The notes below the pieces were generated by a model. It had not been told where the DNA came from. It was given only the letters and a program-made list of their open reading frames with translations, and did no database searches. From Tubiluchus corallicola (taxonomy: Eukaryota > Animalia > Priapulida), in the NCBI GenBank assembly GCA_030141605.1, contig JAQGDQ010000193.1:1-64000 (forward strand): a DNA stretch of 64,000 nucleotides, written 5' to 3'. A program made the position numbers and the translations under genes. Numbering within the stretch: the first letter of the stretch is position 1; every line of letters starts with the position of its first letter. This document shows positions 27,301 through 36,805 of the stretch, in pieces.

Positions 27301-29156
27301 GATGGCAGTTTCAACGAACCGGAAGCCAAGTTTAGTGTGTAATCTAACGTTCCGGAAGCCAGGTTCAGTTTGTAATCTATCGTTTTTAAACTTGCTTTGT
27401 TAATTGAAAAAAGAGGTTCATGTCATCACAATATTGTTTTCTTATAAGCCGTGCAATTATTTATACTGGCAAACCTATCTGGACAGAGTTTTGTCTGGGT
27501 CAATCTGAACAGAAGAACAGAAGCTTGGCTCAAAAGTGAATCCATGTCGACAAAGGCTTGTCTTTGTCAGAGTTTAGCCCTCAAACTGGTTAAGGTCTCT
27601 AGTCTGTCTCTACATTAATTACCAAGCAAAGACGATTAAAACAAAAATTTGTACGTTAAACAAAAGGACGTACGTTTTTCACTTTTATAAAACTTTTTAC
27701 GCCTTTCCACTTTTTAGACACTCAATACCTGTTAAGTAAATCAAAGCTTCCTTTAAGCACGTGGCTTCACTTTGTAATTGCAATTGAACATTAAACAATT
27801 GAACTGTTGTTCGGGTTTAATATAAACAATCGATTCGGTCAAATGTTGTGTAAATAACGGGTCCGCTAGGGGGAGTGTAAATCCGGGTAAGAAACTTTTT
27901 ACAAAATCAAGAAATCTTGAAGTCTGAATAACTCTATACAGTTTACGTAGTTTTAGAACTATTACAGTCGGGGCTAATTAAGAGAAAAAAGGGAAATGAC
28001 TGTGTACAGCCATCAAACTTTTGGGAATTTTTTTACCTAAAATTCCACATTGTGGCCGCAGTCCTCAAGCACTAAATGGCCAGAGATCACAGACACAATG
28101 ACCTACTATTACGGACGAATAGGAAATTACGCGTGGATTTTGAATTGGTGATATCTTAGGCACACACAGAGTTAACCAAATTAGTTTGCTGTGTCGTCAA
28201 TCCCTCATTCAGTTCACAAAATCATGCATTTGTGACTAGAAACCGATTAGTCTGTTTGTTAAATACGCGACAGTAGTCAGTAAATAAATATTGTATTTGT
28301 ACATGTATTTGTATTTGACAGTGTCTTTGTCTTTGTCTTACCTGGCATATATCAGACAGGAATTTAACTGAAATTCAATTTGACGGAACAGTCTTAAAAA
28401 ACTGATTTCTCGTTGCCACACGAATGACCTGCATTAGAGGAATTACCCAATACATTCACTTACACCCAGAAATCGCTTTTCCAGACGACTCTAACATTTC
28501 CAAACAAGTATTTAAAGGATGAAATCTTGCTCAACATTTGCTTATAAAATGACTCGTGCTTACTGGATAAGCCAGAGAATCCACACACACACACGGGACA
28601 AAATTTATCTCTAAACTTCAAGAAAGACAAACAAACCAGACACAAAATCTCTCTAAAAATCGTTTAAATTATGAGATCAACAGCCCCTGTATTTACGACG
28701 ATAAGTCAGTTGTGAGTAACAGCACTGAAAGCTCATGATTTTTATATTATGCTTAGTAATGAATCTCACAGGAGGAGGCAGAGCGGTTTATTTTTATAAA
28801 AACAGGATTTACGTGCGTTTTGAGCACCCATAGATAAACACAAGATGGACCGAATATATACAACGACAAACAGGGCTTGGCAAGCTGGGGAAGTAAAATT
28901 AAACAAATTAAAAATTGAAAGCCAAACAATTGTCTTACACCAATGATAACCCAGCGCCCCCAACGTCGAAGAACACACATTTAGGAACTGTGGCAAAATT
29001 CATGCTGGGCTGAAAGAGGAAAACGCAGAAAGAGATGATACAGACGACGTGGCAAACGAGGAGACAGATGAGCGACAGAAGATAAATTCTAAAGAGTGGG
29101 ACAAGCAGACAGGCAAAGAGCAGACAAAAAGAGATAGACAGAGAGGGAGAGGAGAG

Positions 29157-29195
<39 letters not shown>

Positions 29196-29462
29196 CAGAG
29201 ACAGAGAGAAACAGAGGAGAGACAGAGAGGGACAGAGAGAGACAGAGGAAAGATAGAGAGAGAGAGACAGAGAGAGAGAGAGAAAGAGAAAGAAAGAAAG
29301 AGAGGGGGAGTGGCAGAGAAAGAGGAGAAGGGACAGCAAAAGATAGATAGTGAGGGAGACAAAGAGAGAGATAGATTGTGAGAGAGAGAAAGACGGAGTG
29401 GGGAGTGGCAGAAAGAGAGGATGGGGGAGAGGGGGAGAGAGAGAGAGAGAAAGAGAGAAAGA

Positions 29463-29510
<48 letters not shown>

Positions 29511-32293
29511 AAGGAAGGGAGAGTGCGGGGTGATGTGACAGGAGGGCACAGCGCAATATCGTGTCAGTGTCTAGACCCCGCAATGTTTCTATATAAATTA
29601 CAAGTAATGGATGTTATAAACCACGCAAAGGGTTTACAAGTCACATCGCACAGACAGAGAGAGACAGACATTTATCTAACCCAGGCAGACATAGGAAGTG
29701 ATTCAGATTAAAACAGGAAATTCACGTACAGCAGAAAAACACATTGATACATAATGCGCAGTGAAAGAGTTGAAATGTCGGTCACTTGCATAAATTATGA
29801 TTATATGACCATAAACTAGTGAATGTTTAGTAAGTTTGCATTAGGTCCTGTTTTCTTCTAAAAATATGCATATCTATAAAATTTGTCGTACTGTTTATTA
29901 TGGCTCGCATAGTTACATCTGTAAAATGTATTTTTAATTTACTGCCTAGTAATATGACACTAATTATGCAAACGCTTTATGCGTAAAACAGAAATACATA
30001 AAAACGTTAAAGATGTATACATAAAAAGGAAGCTTATACACGTTTAGCGCGTATGTATCAACATAGCACCTTCGTAACATTAAAGTCAAACTAAACCTTC
30101 GTATTGAAACAAATGTATATTCTTTGTGTAATTTCAATCATATTTAAAAAACTCATTGACTTTTGGAGTTGTACAGGCATTTAATTCCACTTTCAACACT
30201 GAGGCGTGAAACAAAGGTTTTTCCGTTTCAAAAATAATGAAAAATTACACAGAGTGCAAGAACTAATTTCAGTTTTTCACATTTATTTTCGTGCGTTACT
30301 CGTCTAATTAACTGATAAATGTGAATCCAGGACTTAAAAAACTGGGGCAACCGCGGCTAAGTACCTTCGATTTCAATATCGCAAAGAGGCATCAATACAA
30401 CGTAAAAGTTAGGCGACGAGCGTTGAAAAAATGGACCAAAAACAAATGTGTTTTCATTCTAAAACGCAAACACTCGACAGGATAACGTGGCCAATTATTA
30501 GGCGCCCGTTGACCAGGGGCCGCGGCGTGCGCTTAACCCCTTCTCAGACGCTACCGGATTCCGAGACTTTCCCGACCGTCGGTGTCGGATAAACGGGTAA
30601 ACGAAACCCGGTGCCTCAACAAAAACACAACGAGCGCATAAGATACTCAAGCAATGAGACTAATCGAGATAATGTACAGCGGCTGTGCAAGGGATACACG
30701 GCAAAATGTTTAGTAGTTGTACGCCAGGATGTTTGCGCATTGTGCAAATCGGTAACATGTCGTTGCTACTGGGAAAAAATCCGCTGGGAAAACAAGAACG
30801 AGCGATGTTTGTTTGCCTCTCCCGGGGAAGCCTCCACGGGAAGCTGCAGAGGATGCAACATGGCCAGGTTTGATACTTTACCGGGCGTCAACCGGCCCGC
30901 CACACGGGGGTCCTCGGTTCACTGCGTACTAGGGAACAAAAAAATCGCGTAGCTGGTTGGTAAAATGGGCCAGTTCAGGTCACCTAAAGTGAACTCAACA
31001 ACACGGAAAGGGCCTAAAGTATTTATGGCAAATTTTTTACTTCAAAAACCCCAACTCTAAATTACTGCGAATATACATCGAATAAGTTACTAGTACATCA
31101 CTGTACTGTGGAAAATTTATATGTTATTTCAGGGGTGTGCAAATTATCTGACTAGCCGGGCCACATTAAACTTTCCCGCAATTTCTGCGGGCCACGAGCA
31201 GTTTGATCAAGGAACCAAGTACAGAAAGGCCTAATGACGATTTCTTTGCATCCGACCTGCGTACATCATTACTACTACACTCAAGAAACTATTTTAGAAG
31301 TTATTAAAATTTATATTACAAAGCATATAGTTCTACTTTCAGGATAGATAGTGGTAATTTCATTACAGTGCATATTAGTAATGTGTATCACACAGTCTGT
31401 GTAGTACAGTGACATTAAGCTACAACCGTCTTGTAAGGGTTAATGGTATCCGATCTAGTAGAAAAAACTACCCGCACTATCTTTGGGATCGTGGCACGGA
31501 CTTCAGCTGGATACACTCAATTAATCGCCCGGGCCGCACTTTCATTAGGTTGACAAATCTCTTCGCGGGCCGCACATGTTCTCTCGGCGGGCCGCAAGTG
31601 GCTGGCGAGCCGCAATTTGCACACCCCTGTGTTATTTAATGCACATATTTCTTGTAGAGAGGTCAAAAGGCAAAAGCGCTTTATTAAATAGCATCAGAAA
31701 AAGAAGAAACTAAGTAAAATAAATGATACAATCTTACAACAATTTGGCATTATCTTCTTTTTCGTCTGATTGTATTTAATAAAGTGCTTTTGCCTTTTGG
31801 CCTTCCAAACAAAACACTTGCATGGGTATTAAAATCCCGATATTAAAAGTACACGAGCTACTAAAATAAGCATTTCTTTTTTGCTTGATTGCAATTAAAA
31901 AGGAAGGTAGTTTCATTGTTTTAACGATGAACAAGAGAAAAGTAGTTACCATTAAAACATTTATTAGTACAGATCTATAATAATTCAAAATGGGAAGGAA
32001 TTCGGGAAACCAGCTTCAACCACAAATCGCAAGGGAAATGTGATTTGGGACTCTGGGAACCCCCGTAAAACCCAATGACAAGCCCACAGAAAGCAAGAAG
32101 ATTTCATCAAGGTGATTATGTAGGATAAAGCAACAATATAAAAAATACATTCAAAACTAAAACAATTGCTTTTCCTTGATGCATAATTAGGCAGGAATTA
32201 GGAGCAAATGAATGCTGATCAACTTACCAACGATGACGCCAAAATCTGCAGAAATGAAGCTAGTTGTAACGTGGTTAGCAACCGAATTATCAT
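136..32293 (-). CDS. Ppn: Papilin/lacunin-like ECM proteoglycan, 23 coding exons in window, 3' end beyond left edge
   Basis: Hand-spliced GT-AG exons give one open frame: signal peptide, TSP1, ADAMTS Cys-rich and spacer, 6 TSP1, lagrin Cys repeats with acidic spacers, Kunitz. No metalloprotease domain. This is the papilin architecture. Confidence 0.95.
942..1146 (-). CDS. Ppn: Papilin exon, two lagrin repeats
   Basis: [52 protein letters not shown]. Confidence 0.92.
2211..2506 (-). CDS. Ppn: Papilin exon, acidic NxT repeats (ENVTETAMP)
   Basis: ttaacag acceptor and gtatgg donor; phase 1-0 bridges the flanking exons. Confidence 0.87.
3662..3774. repeat. 57-bp tandem duplication
   Basis: CCCAAGTTTGGATTTAACAAACGGCAG...TACAGTT occurs twice. 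Confidence 0.9.
4031..4225 (-). CDS. Ppn: Papilin exon, Ser-Gly cluster plus lagrin repeat
   Basis: [24 protein letters not shown]...[24 protein letters not shown]; phase 1-1. Confidence 0.88.
4630..6237 (-). CDS. Ppn: Papilin 1.6-kb exon, (LNVTExx)n heptads plus 3 lagrin repeats
   Basis: Open frame of 1608 nt; ttgtag acceptor, gtgagt donor; phase 1-1. Confidence 0.93.
7116..7836 (-). CDS. Ppn: Papilin exon, lagrin repeat plus acidic Met-rich NxT repeats
   Basis: [24 protein letters not shown]...(ENVTDMA)n; phase 0-1, gtaag donor. Confidence 0.92.
8606..8729 (-). CDS. Ppn: Papilin exon, lagrin-type Cys repeats
   Basis: [20 protein letters not shown]...[17 protein letters not shown]. Confidence 0.9.
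8893..9025 (-). CDS. Ppn: Papilin exon, lagrin-type Cys repeat
   Basis: [24 protein letters not shown]. Confidence 0.9.
9969..10110 (-). CDS. Ppn: Papilin exon, TSP1 #7
   Basis: [16 protein letters not shown]...CNQHACGE. Confidence 0.92.
10769..10951 (-). CDS. Ppn: Papilin exon, TSP1 #6
   Basis: [16 protein letters not shown]...[17 protein letters not shown]. Confidence 0.93.
11235..11340 (-). mobile_element. tRNA-derived SINE fragment
   Basis: Minus strand GTAGCTCTGTGGTAG (A box), GAGTTCAACTC (B box), then CATACCAAAGACTTGAAAAATGG; no tRNA cloverleaf. Confidence 0.6.
11690..11860 (-). CDS. Ppn: Papilin exon, TSP1 #5
   Basis: [15 protein letters not shown]...[12 protein letters not shown]. 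Confidence 0.92.
12470..12646 (-). CDS. Ppn: Papilin exon, TSP1 #4
   Basis: [16 protein letters not shown]...[18 protein letters not shown]. Confidence 0.93.
12978..13188 (-). CDS. Ppn: Papilin exon, TSP1 #3
   Basis: [24 protein letters not shown]...KWHTSKWGP. Confidence 0.92.
13285..13714. mobile_element. Degenerate Tc1/mariner-pogo type MITE
   Basis: Repeated GTATAAGAC(A/G)CA motifs and ends resembling CCGTATTTT/AAAATACGG. Confidence 0.5.
14054..14180 (-). CDS. Ppn: Papilin exon, TSP1 #2
   Basis: [41 protein letters not shown]. Confidence 0.92.
14298..14430 (-). CDS. Ppn: Papilin exon, spacer end and TSP1 #2 start
   Basis: [17 protein letters not shown]...[18 protein letters not shown]. 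Confidence 0.92.
14741..14913 (-). CDS. Ppn: Papilin exon, ADAMTS spacer
   Basis: [26 protein letters not shown]...[14 protein letters not shown]. Confidence 0.93.
15733..15813 (-). CDS. Ppn: Papilin exon, ADAMTS spacer
   Basis: [27 protein letters not shown]. Confidence 0.92.
16104..16227 (-). CDS. Ppn: Papilin exon, Cys-rich end and spacer start
   Basis: [26 protein letters not shown]. Confidence 0.93.
17971..18101 (-). CDS. Ppn: Papilin exon, ADAMTS Cys-rich domain
   Basis: [40 protein letters not shown]. Confidence 0.93.
20338..20634. repeat. 43-bp minisatellite, about 7 copies
   Basis: Unit CTGTCATACTCTCGAAATTTAGTGAGGGAGGTTTGAGTGGAAT with period 43. Confidence 0.95.
20830..20932 (-). 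CDS. Ppn: Papilin exon, ADAMTS Cys-rich domain
   Basis: [32 protein letters not shown]. Confidence 0.93.
21819..21930. repeat. 42-bp tandem repeat, about 2.6 copies
   Basis: CCACTTAACTATTCATCCCCTCCTAGTCGTGCATCCACTATT. Confidence 0.85.
22350..22650. repeat. Degenerate (GAT)n microsatellite
   Basis: Direct reading. Confidence 0.9.
23139..23199 (-). CDS. Ppn: Papilin exon, end of TSP1 #1
   Basis: [20 protein letters not shown]; tttag/gtaagt. Confidence 0.9.
23285..23584. repeat. Compound microsatellite (ACTG)n-(GGAT)n
   Basis: Direct reading. Confidence 0.97.
25112..25299 (-). CDS. Ppn: Papilin exon, N-terminus and TSP1 #1
   Basis: [12 protein letters not shown]...[25 protein letters not shown]; ag/gt boundaries. 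Confidence 0.92.
29130..29522. repeat. (GA)n-rich polypurine tract
   Basis: Direct reading. Confidence 0.95.
31130..31629. mobile_element. hAT-family MITE, 500 bp
   Basis: Perfect 16-bp TIR CAGGGGTGTGCAAATT, perfect 8-bp TSD TGTTATTT, subterminal CGGGCC repeats. Confidence 0.92.
32228..32293 (-). CDS. Ppn: Papilin coding exon 1, signal peptide
   Basis: tttcag|[32 protein letters not shown], then |gtaagt; phase 0 matches the next exon. Confidence 0.8.
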
Positions 32294-33548
32294 GATGTAC
32301 CTGAAAGTACACAGAACTTAACATATACTGGTACTATCTACAGTAACTGTACCCAAGGTAACCACGTCTCAGTATACCTGAAGTGAAATGCAAAAACATA
32401 TTGTGTATGTTTAATTTCTAAATACGTCAAAACTAACCACATAAATGCTGATATCATCTAAATTCTAAAATTAAACACGAGAAACGTAACGTGTTTATTT
32501 ACTTGGTAAATTAGCATCTTCACACATACAGAAATCTTGTTACCAGCATTTTGCATGCTTAAATCAACATTTTGTAACATTCGGCCTTTTAACAAGCCCC
32601 CTACTTCATCTATACTGAAATACGTTCCGAAAATTCACTTAACCCGTCATTAGTAATCCCATTCAAATTAAGCAAAAGATATTAATCAACAACACAAAAT
32701 TTGCTTTTCTAGGACAGAAAGTAGGAGTAAGACATTCCAATTTGATTGGGAGACTCTCGATTTTAATTGTAACCTCCCTTTCTCTAGATTGTGAAATATT
32801 TTTCTAGACTTTCCATATAGTGCATTAGCAGATTATCCATTAGACACTCTAGGGACCCCAAAACTGTCGACAAAATTGAGCCATAATTGCAGCAAAAGGA
32901 AATAACTCGAAAACCAAGCTTTAATTATCTATAAGGCACTCTATAGGCACGTACCTAGGGGCCCCAGTCTAAAGAACTAAACCAAACTTTAGGCTTAACT
33001 CTCTCCAGAAATAGGTGGGTATTTAACGCAGATAGTTTTATATATGTAAGTGTTGCCCAAGATTACACATAATTAAAACTGACGTGTAATACCAAAATCC
33101 TAGCTAACAGGCTGATAATTACATAAATAATTAATTACTCTTATTAATGCCAACGACAATAAAGGTACGAATAAGCTTATGAATAACTGAATAAACGTTG
33201 GTGATCTCGATTGTACAACCGGTATTGATGAGGTATATAATTAACTTGTAACAATGGCCGCGATTCATGTAACGACATAATGAAATCAGAGAACACATAA
33301 AATCATGCTAATCCCGAGAATATAATACAATCATGGTTAAAGTTGGCACTGGCTTGTCCAGGGTACTTCATTTGATGTCAGTGTCTTAACGTGGATGGAC
33401 AGTGAATGTCAGTTTGTTAGTTACAGTAAAAACAGTAAAAGATTTTGACGGTAAATGTGATTAAAGAAATTGTTTGTATCAGTGCTATCTTGTTGTCAGA
33501 TATCAATCAATCCACAGATTTACAAAGCTTTAATACCAAATCGTCGAA

Positions 33549-34622
33549 ATGAACCGAAACTACACTATCTGCACAAATGATTTCAATTCTAATGACACAG
33601 ACTTGTGTTCTGACTTCAATGCAACTATTGTTGACGTGCTGCAAACATTCAATGCGACAGTTGAAGATGTACCAGAAACTATCATCATCTATCAATCTAT
33701 GTACACTGCTATTGTCATAACAGTCTGCTCGGTGTCTTTTTTCCTTAATGCATCGATAATAACCAGCATCCAAGCATTTTCTGCATTAAGAACGCCATCA
33801 AATTTGTTGTTTACAGGTTTAGTACTGAATGCGTTGCTTTGTACAGTAAGAGAACTTTTAATTCACGTTGTGTTACAATCTTTATTTCGTGACAATCAAA
33901 CTTCGGCGCACTGCATTCTAAAAATTGCGCTGCAGTCACTGCCATATGCTCTAGCAATGACATCAGCAATTGCGATAGGAATCGAGAGGTACTTGGCCGT
34001 CATTAACAGGCATAAAAGAATCTCCTTGAAGGCGGCTAAGATCATTCTTAGCGGCTGTATCATCTACTCGATGGCATTTGCATTAGTGGCTGCTTTTCAG
34101 ATGCTTCTTCAAGAGGATAACTTCGACTTGTTTCTTAACTGTGCAATCGATATCATATACTTGGACTGGTTTGCCTACGTTGTCGTCCTTCAGTACGTAC
34201 TCACTACAGTCATATTGGCGAATGTCAGTGCAAAGATGTGTGCATCACTCAGAAGGCAATTCCGTAAGACGGCTCCATTAAACCGCACGAGGATGTTGTC
34301 ATCAAATGTCACAACGGCACGGATGATGATCCGGATACTCCTCACGACCATCATCCTCTACTTTCCTTACATTCTCCATGTCATCCTCTTGCATGTTACC
34401 CACGATCAGTACAGAATGCTCTGGGCAGTTGCCAATGGGTTGTGGATCATCAATACCGTCCTTGTCCCTATCATCTACATCTCAGAAAATCAGGAGTTCC
34501 GCAACTACCTCAAGAATAGTCCAGCTCTCAGCTTCTTGTTCTTCGGTACCAGCGCAGAAAATTCCAGACCGGAACAATCACAGTCTATTTACAGCCTCTA
34601 TCCCTTGCAGCCAAGGTATTAG
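33549..34622 (+). CDS. Intronless rhodopsin-like (class A) orphan GPCR, 357 aa
   Basis: Seven hydrophobic segments, N-terminal sequons, TM1 Asn, LRTPSN in ICL1, TM3 Cys, ERY motif, TM6 YFPY, TM7 VPIIY, helix 8 NQEFR; AATAAA signals near 34769 and 34946. Confidence 0.92.
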   Translation: MNRNYTICTNDFNSNDTDLCSDFNATIVDVLQTFNATVEDVPETIIIYQSMYTAIVITVCSVSFFLNASIITSIQAFSALRTPSNLLFTGLVLNALLCTVRELLIHVVLQSLFRDNQTSAHCILKIALQSLPYALAMTSAIAIGIERYLAVINRHKRISLKAAKIILSGCIIYSMAFALVAAFQMLLQEDNFDLFLNCAIDIIYLDWFAYVVVLQYVLTTVILANVSAKMCASLRRQFRKTAPLNRTRMLSSNVTTARMMIRILLTTIILYFPYILHVILLHVTHDQYRMLWAVANGLWIINTVLVPIIYISENQEFRNYLKNSPALSFLFFGTSAENSRPEQSQSIYSLYPLQPRY

Positions 34623-35844
34623 CATATTATAGCTAGGACAATTATTTGAACAAAAGTGTTAAGTTTATAACCTATTCACTGCAGTATGAGAACATTTATT
34701 GCACAGGATACATGCATACAAAAAGACCGTTGCGAGAAGACTGTTAGTTTCGGATAATCCTTTTTGTGAAATAAAAATATCATTAATCCCTGCCAACGTA
34801 CAGCAAATTTCGTGGTTTAAACATTAAATGACACTGTTCTAAGTTGCTTCTCCGTCTAAGTGCGTGAACATAGATTAGTAACTGTCATAAATGTCATTAC
34901 CAACTGTATTAATTTTTTGCCACGACGCAATGTCAGGAAGTTGTTAATAAATGTGTAATGAATGTAATAGAATTACTCTTAAATGTAAGTGTGGTATTAC
35001 TGCAATGTAATTTGTTAATTTTTTAAATGATGATCTTGAAATTACCACTTACTAGTTAATATATATATACGTATATTACGTCAGCGCTTAAATTGTTGCA
35101 AATCACAAACCACGAATTTACCCGTATTTATAAAAACAAAGTGACGCTTACGCTTTTTAAAATCTGAGAAACAATGCAGCCAACATTACATAATACGCGC
35201 AAAGAGTTTGTATAAATGTGTGCGCTTAGAAATTAGTCGAGTACAACAATAGTTCTGAGTTCACTTGATACAGTACATGATAATTCTCTCTTCAGGTGGT
35301 AACATCGGTCCTGCTAATTGTTGACAAATCACAAAATCTGATAGCAATCAAGAAGTTCCGGGAGACGCCACAGCGGTTAATCCAGTTATTCCTGTAACTT
35401 GATTGTTTTGGTGTCATCCCCGGACTCGCCCAAACGATTAGCTGGACAGATAAAATTCTTTCCAGAATGACCGGGAGTCATCTAGCAGGATTCACTGGTA
35501 CTGCAAGATTATCAGCCTATTTACACTGTAATTTTACTAATACGCAAGGATTTACTTGCAGCAGGGAAGTTGACAGTAACACGTGCTATCATTACGCCCC
35601 GGTGTAATCCGAGACGCCCTTTTAACTCGTTCACTAATCGACTAACTGATACAGAAAATGCTATTAGTGACATATCTATCCACCATGTAAGCTGTACACT
35701 TACTCCATGCTCACTTTGTTTACATTTGTTACAACATGCAAAAATTAGACAAATTTTAAGTTTAAACATTTGGAAGGAGTTTACAATACCCCACATAATT
35801 TAAACATCCTACCCTAATCCTCACTCTAATCCTAACCCGCCTCA

Positions 35845-36207
35845 CAAACTAGTTTCTTGTGTGCGAGAAATTTTAAACTTTAGACAAAAATTTTAATTTC
35901 AAGTTCACCGACGTGTTCACGCATGAGCTCTCAAACGCGTGTGCTACGTCACAAATGAACACATGTGAACTGGGTGGTACCTGATTTTGTGCAACGCGTT
36001 TCCAAGATGCAGGTGCTAGTACCAGCCTAATTAGCAAATGGCGAAAAACATCTAACTGCAAAAAACCAGTCCATTGGTCAAAATTGGGTTTCTGCGTAAT
36101 TATCTTTCACGTAGGCTATTCTTAAAAAACAATGTGTCCCCTTACAATATTTTGTACATTAGATTGCTTTCAACTGTAGTTTAAGATTAGGCTCAGTTTT
36201 CCTTTAA
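35845..36207. repeat. Dispersed repeat, second copy at about 46145-46430
   Basis: Shared GTTCACGCATGA-CTCTCAAAC and TAGTTTAAGATT blocks; this copy ends in TTTTCCT|TTAA like the Kolobok-type element. Confidence 0.65.
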
Positions 36208-36589
36208 ATTCGGATTTGCATAGTTTTCATATTTCGTTGTTGTTTTCATATTATATTTTACAACACACTAACCACGCCATTCATATGAGCCACAAATTCA
36301 TTTCACCATCACCACAATCAGCATCATCATCATCACTACCAATAAGATCATTCGTCAACTATCAACATCACTGTCATCGTCATCATCATTACCAACAACG
36401 TCGTTGTCCAATGGTAGCTCAATTCTTTTAAATGTGTGATTACGGACATCACTTACATATGATGGTATAACGAATGGCTATTCAATGATGACAGCATGTT
36501 TACGATGATGACGTGACATCACTACTGCCAACGACAACACGATCGACATCTCCCCAGTTAACAAGCTTTGCTGCCACCACCATTTCCTA

Positions 36590-36805
36590 GGCATCGTCAT
36601 CATCATCAAACAGCATAACAAACTTCATCATCATTGTCGTCGTCATTATTATTATTATGATTCTTGCCACCACCAACATTCTATTACCATCACTATCATC
36701 ATCAGTCATCACCATCATCATCACCACCACCAGCACCATCTTAATCATCATCACCACCATCATCATGACCATTATCATCACCATACATCATCATCATCAT
36801 CATTG
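36590..36805. repeat. Degenerate (CAT/CAC)n microsatellite
   Basis: Direct reading. Confidence 0.9.

Noticed and set aside
28935-29711. SL- and ER-rich ORFs of up to 204 aa
   Set aside because: Translations of the (GA)n tract
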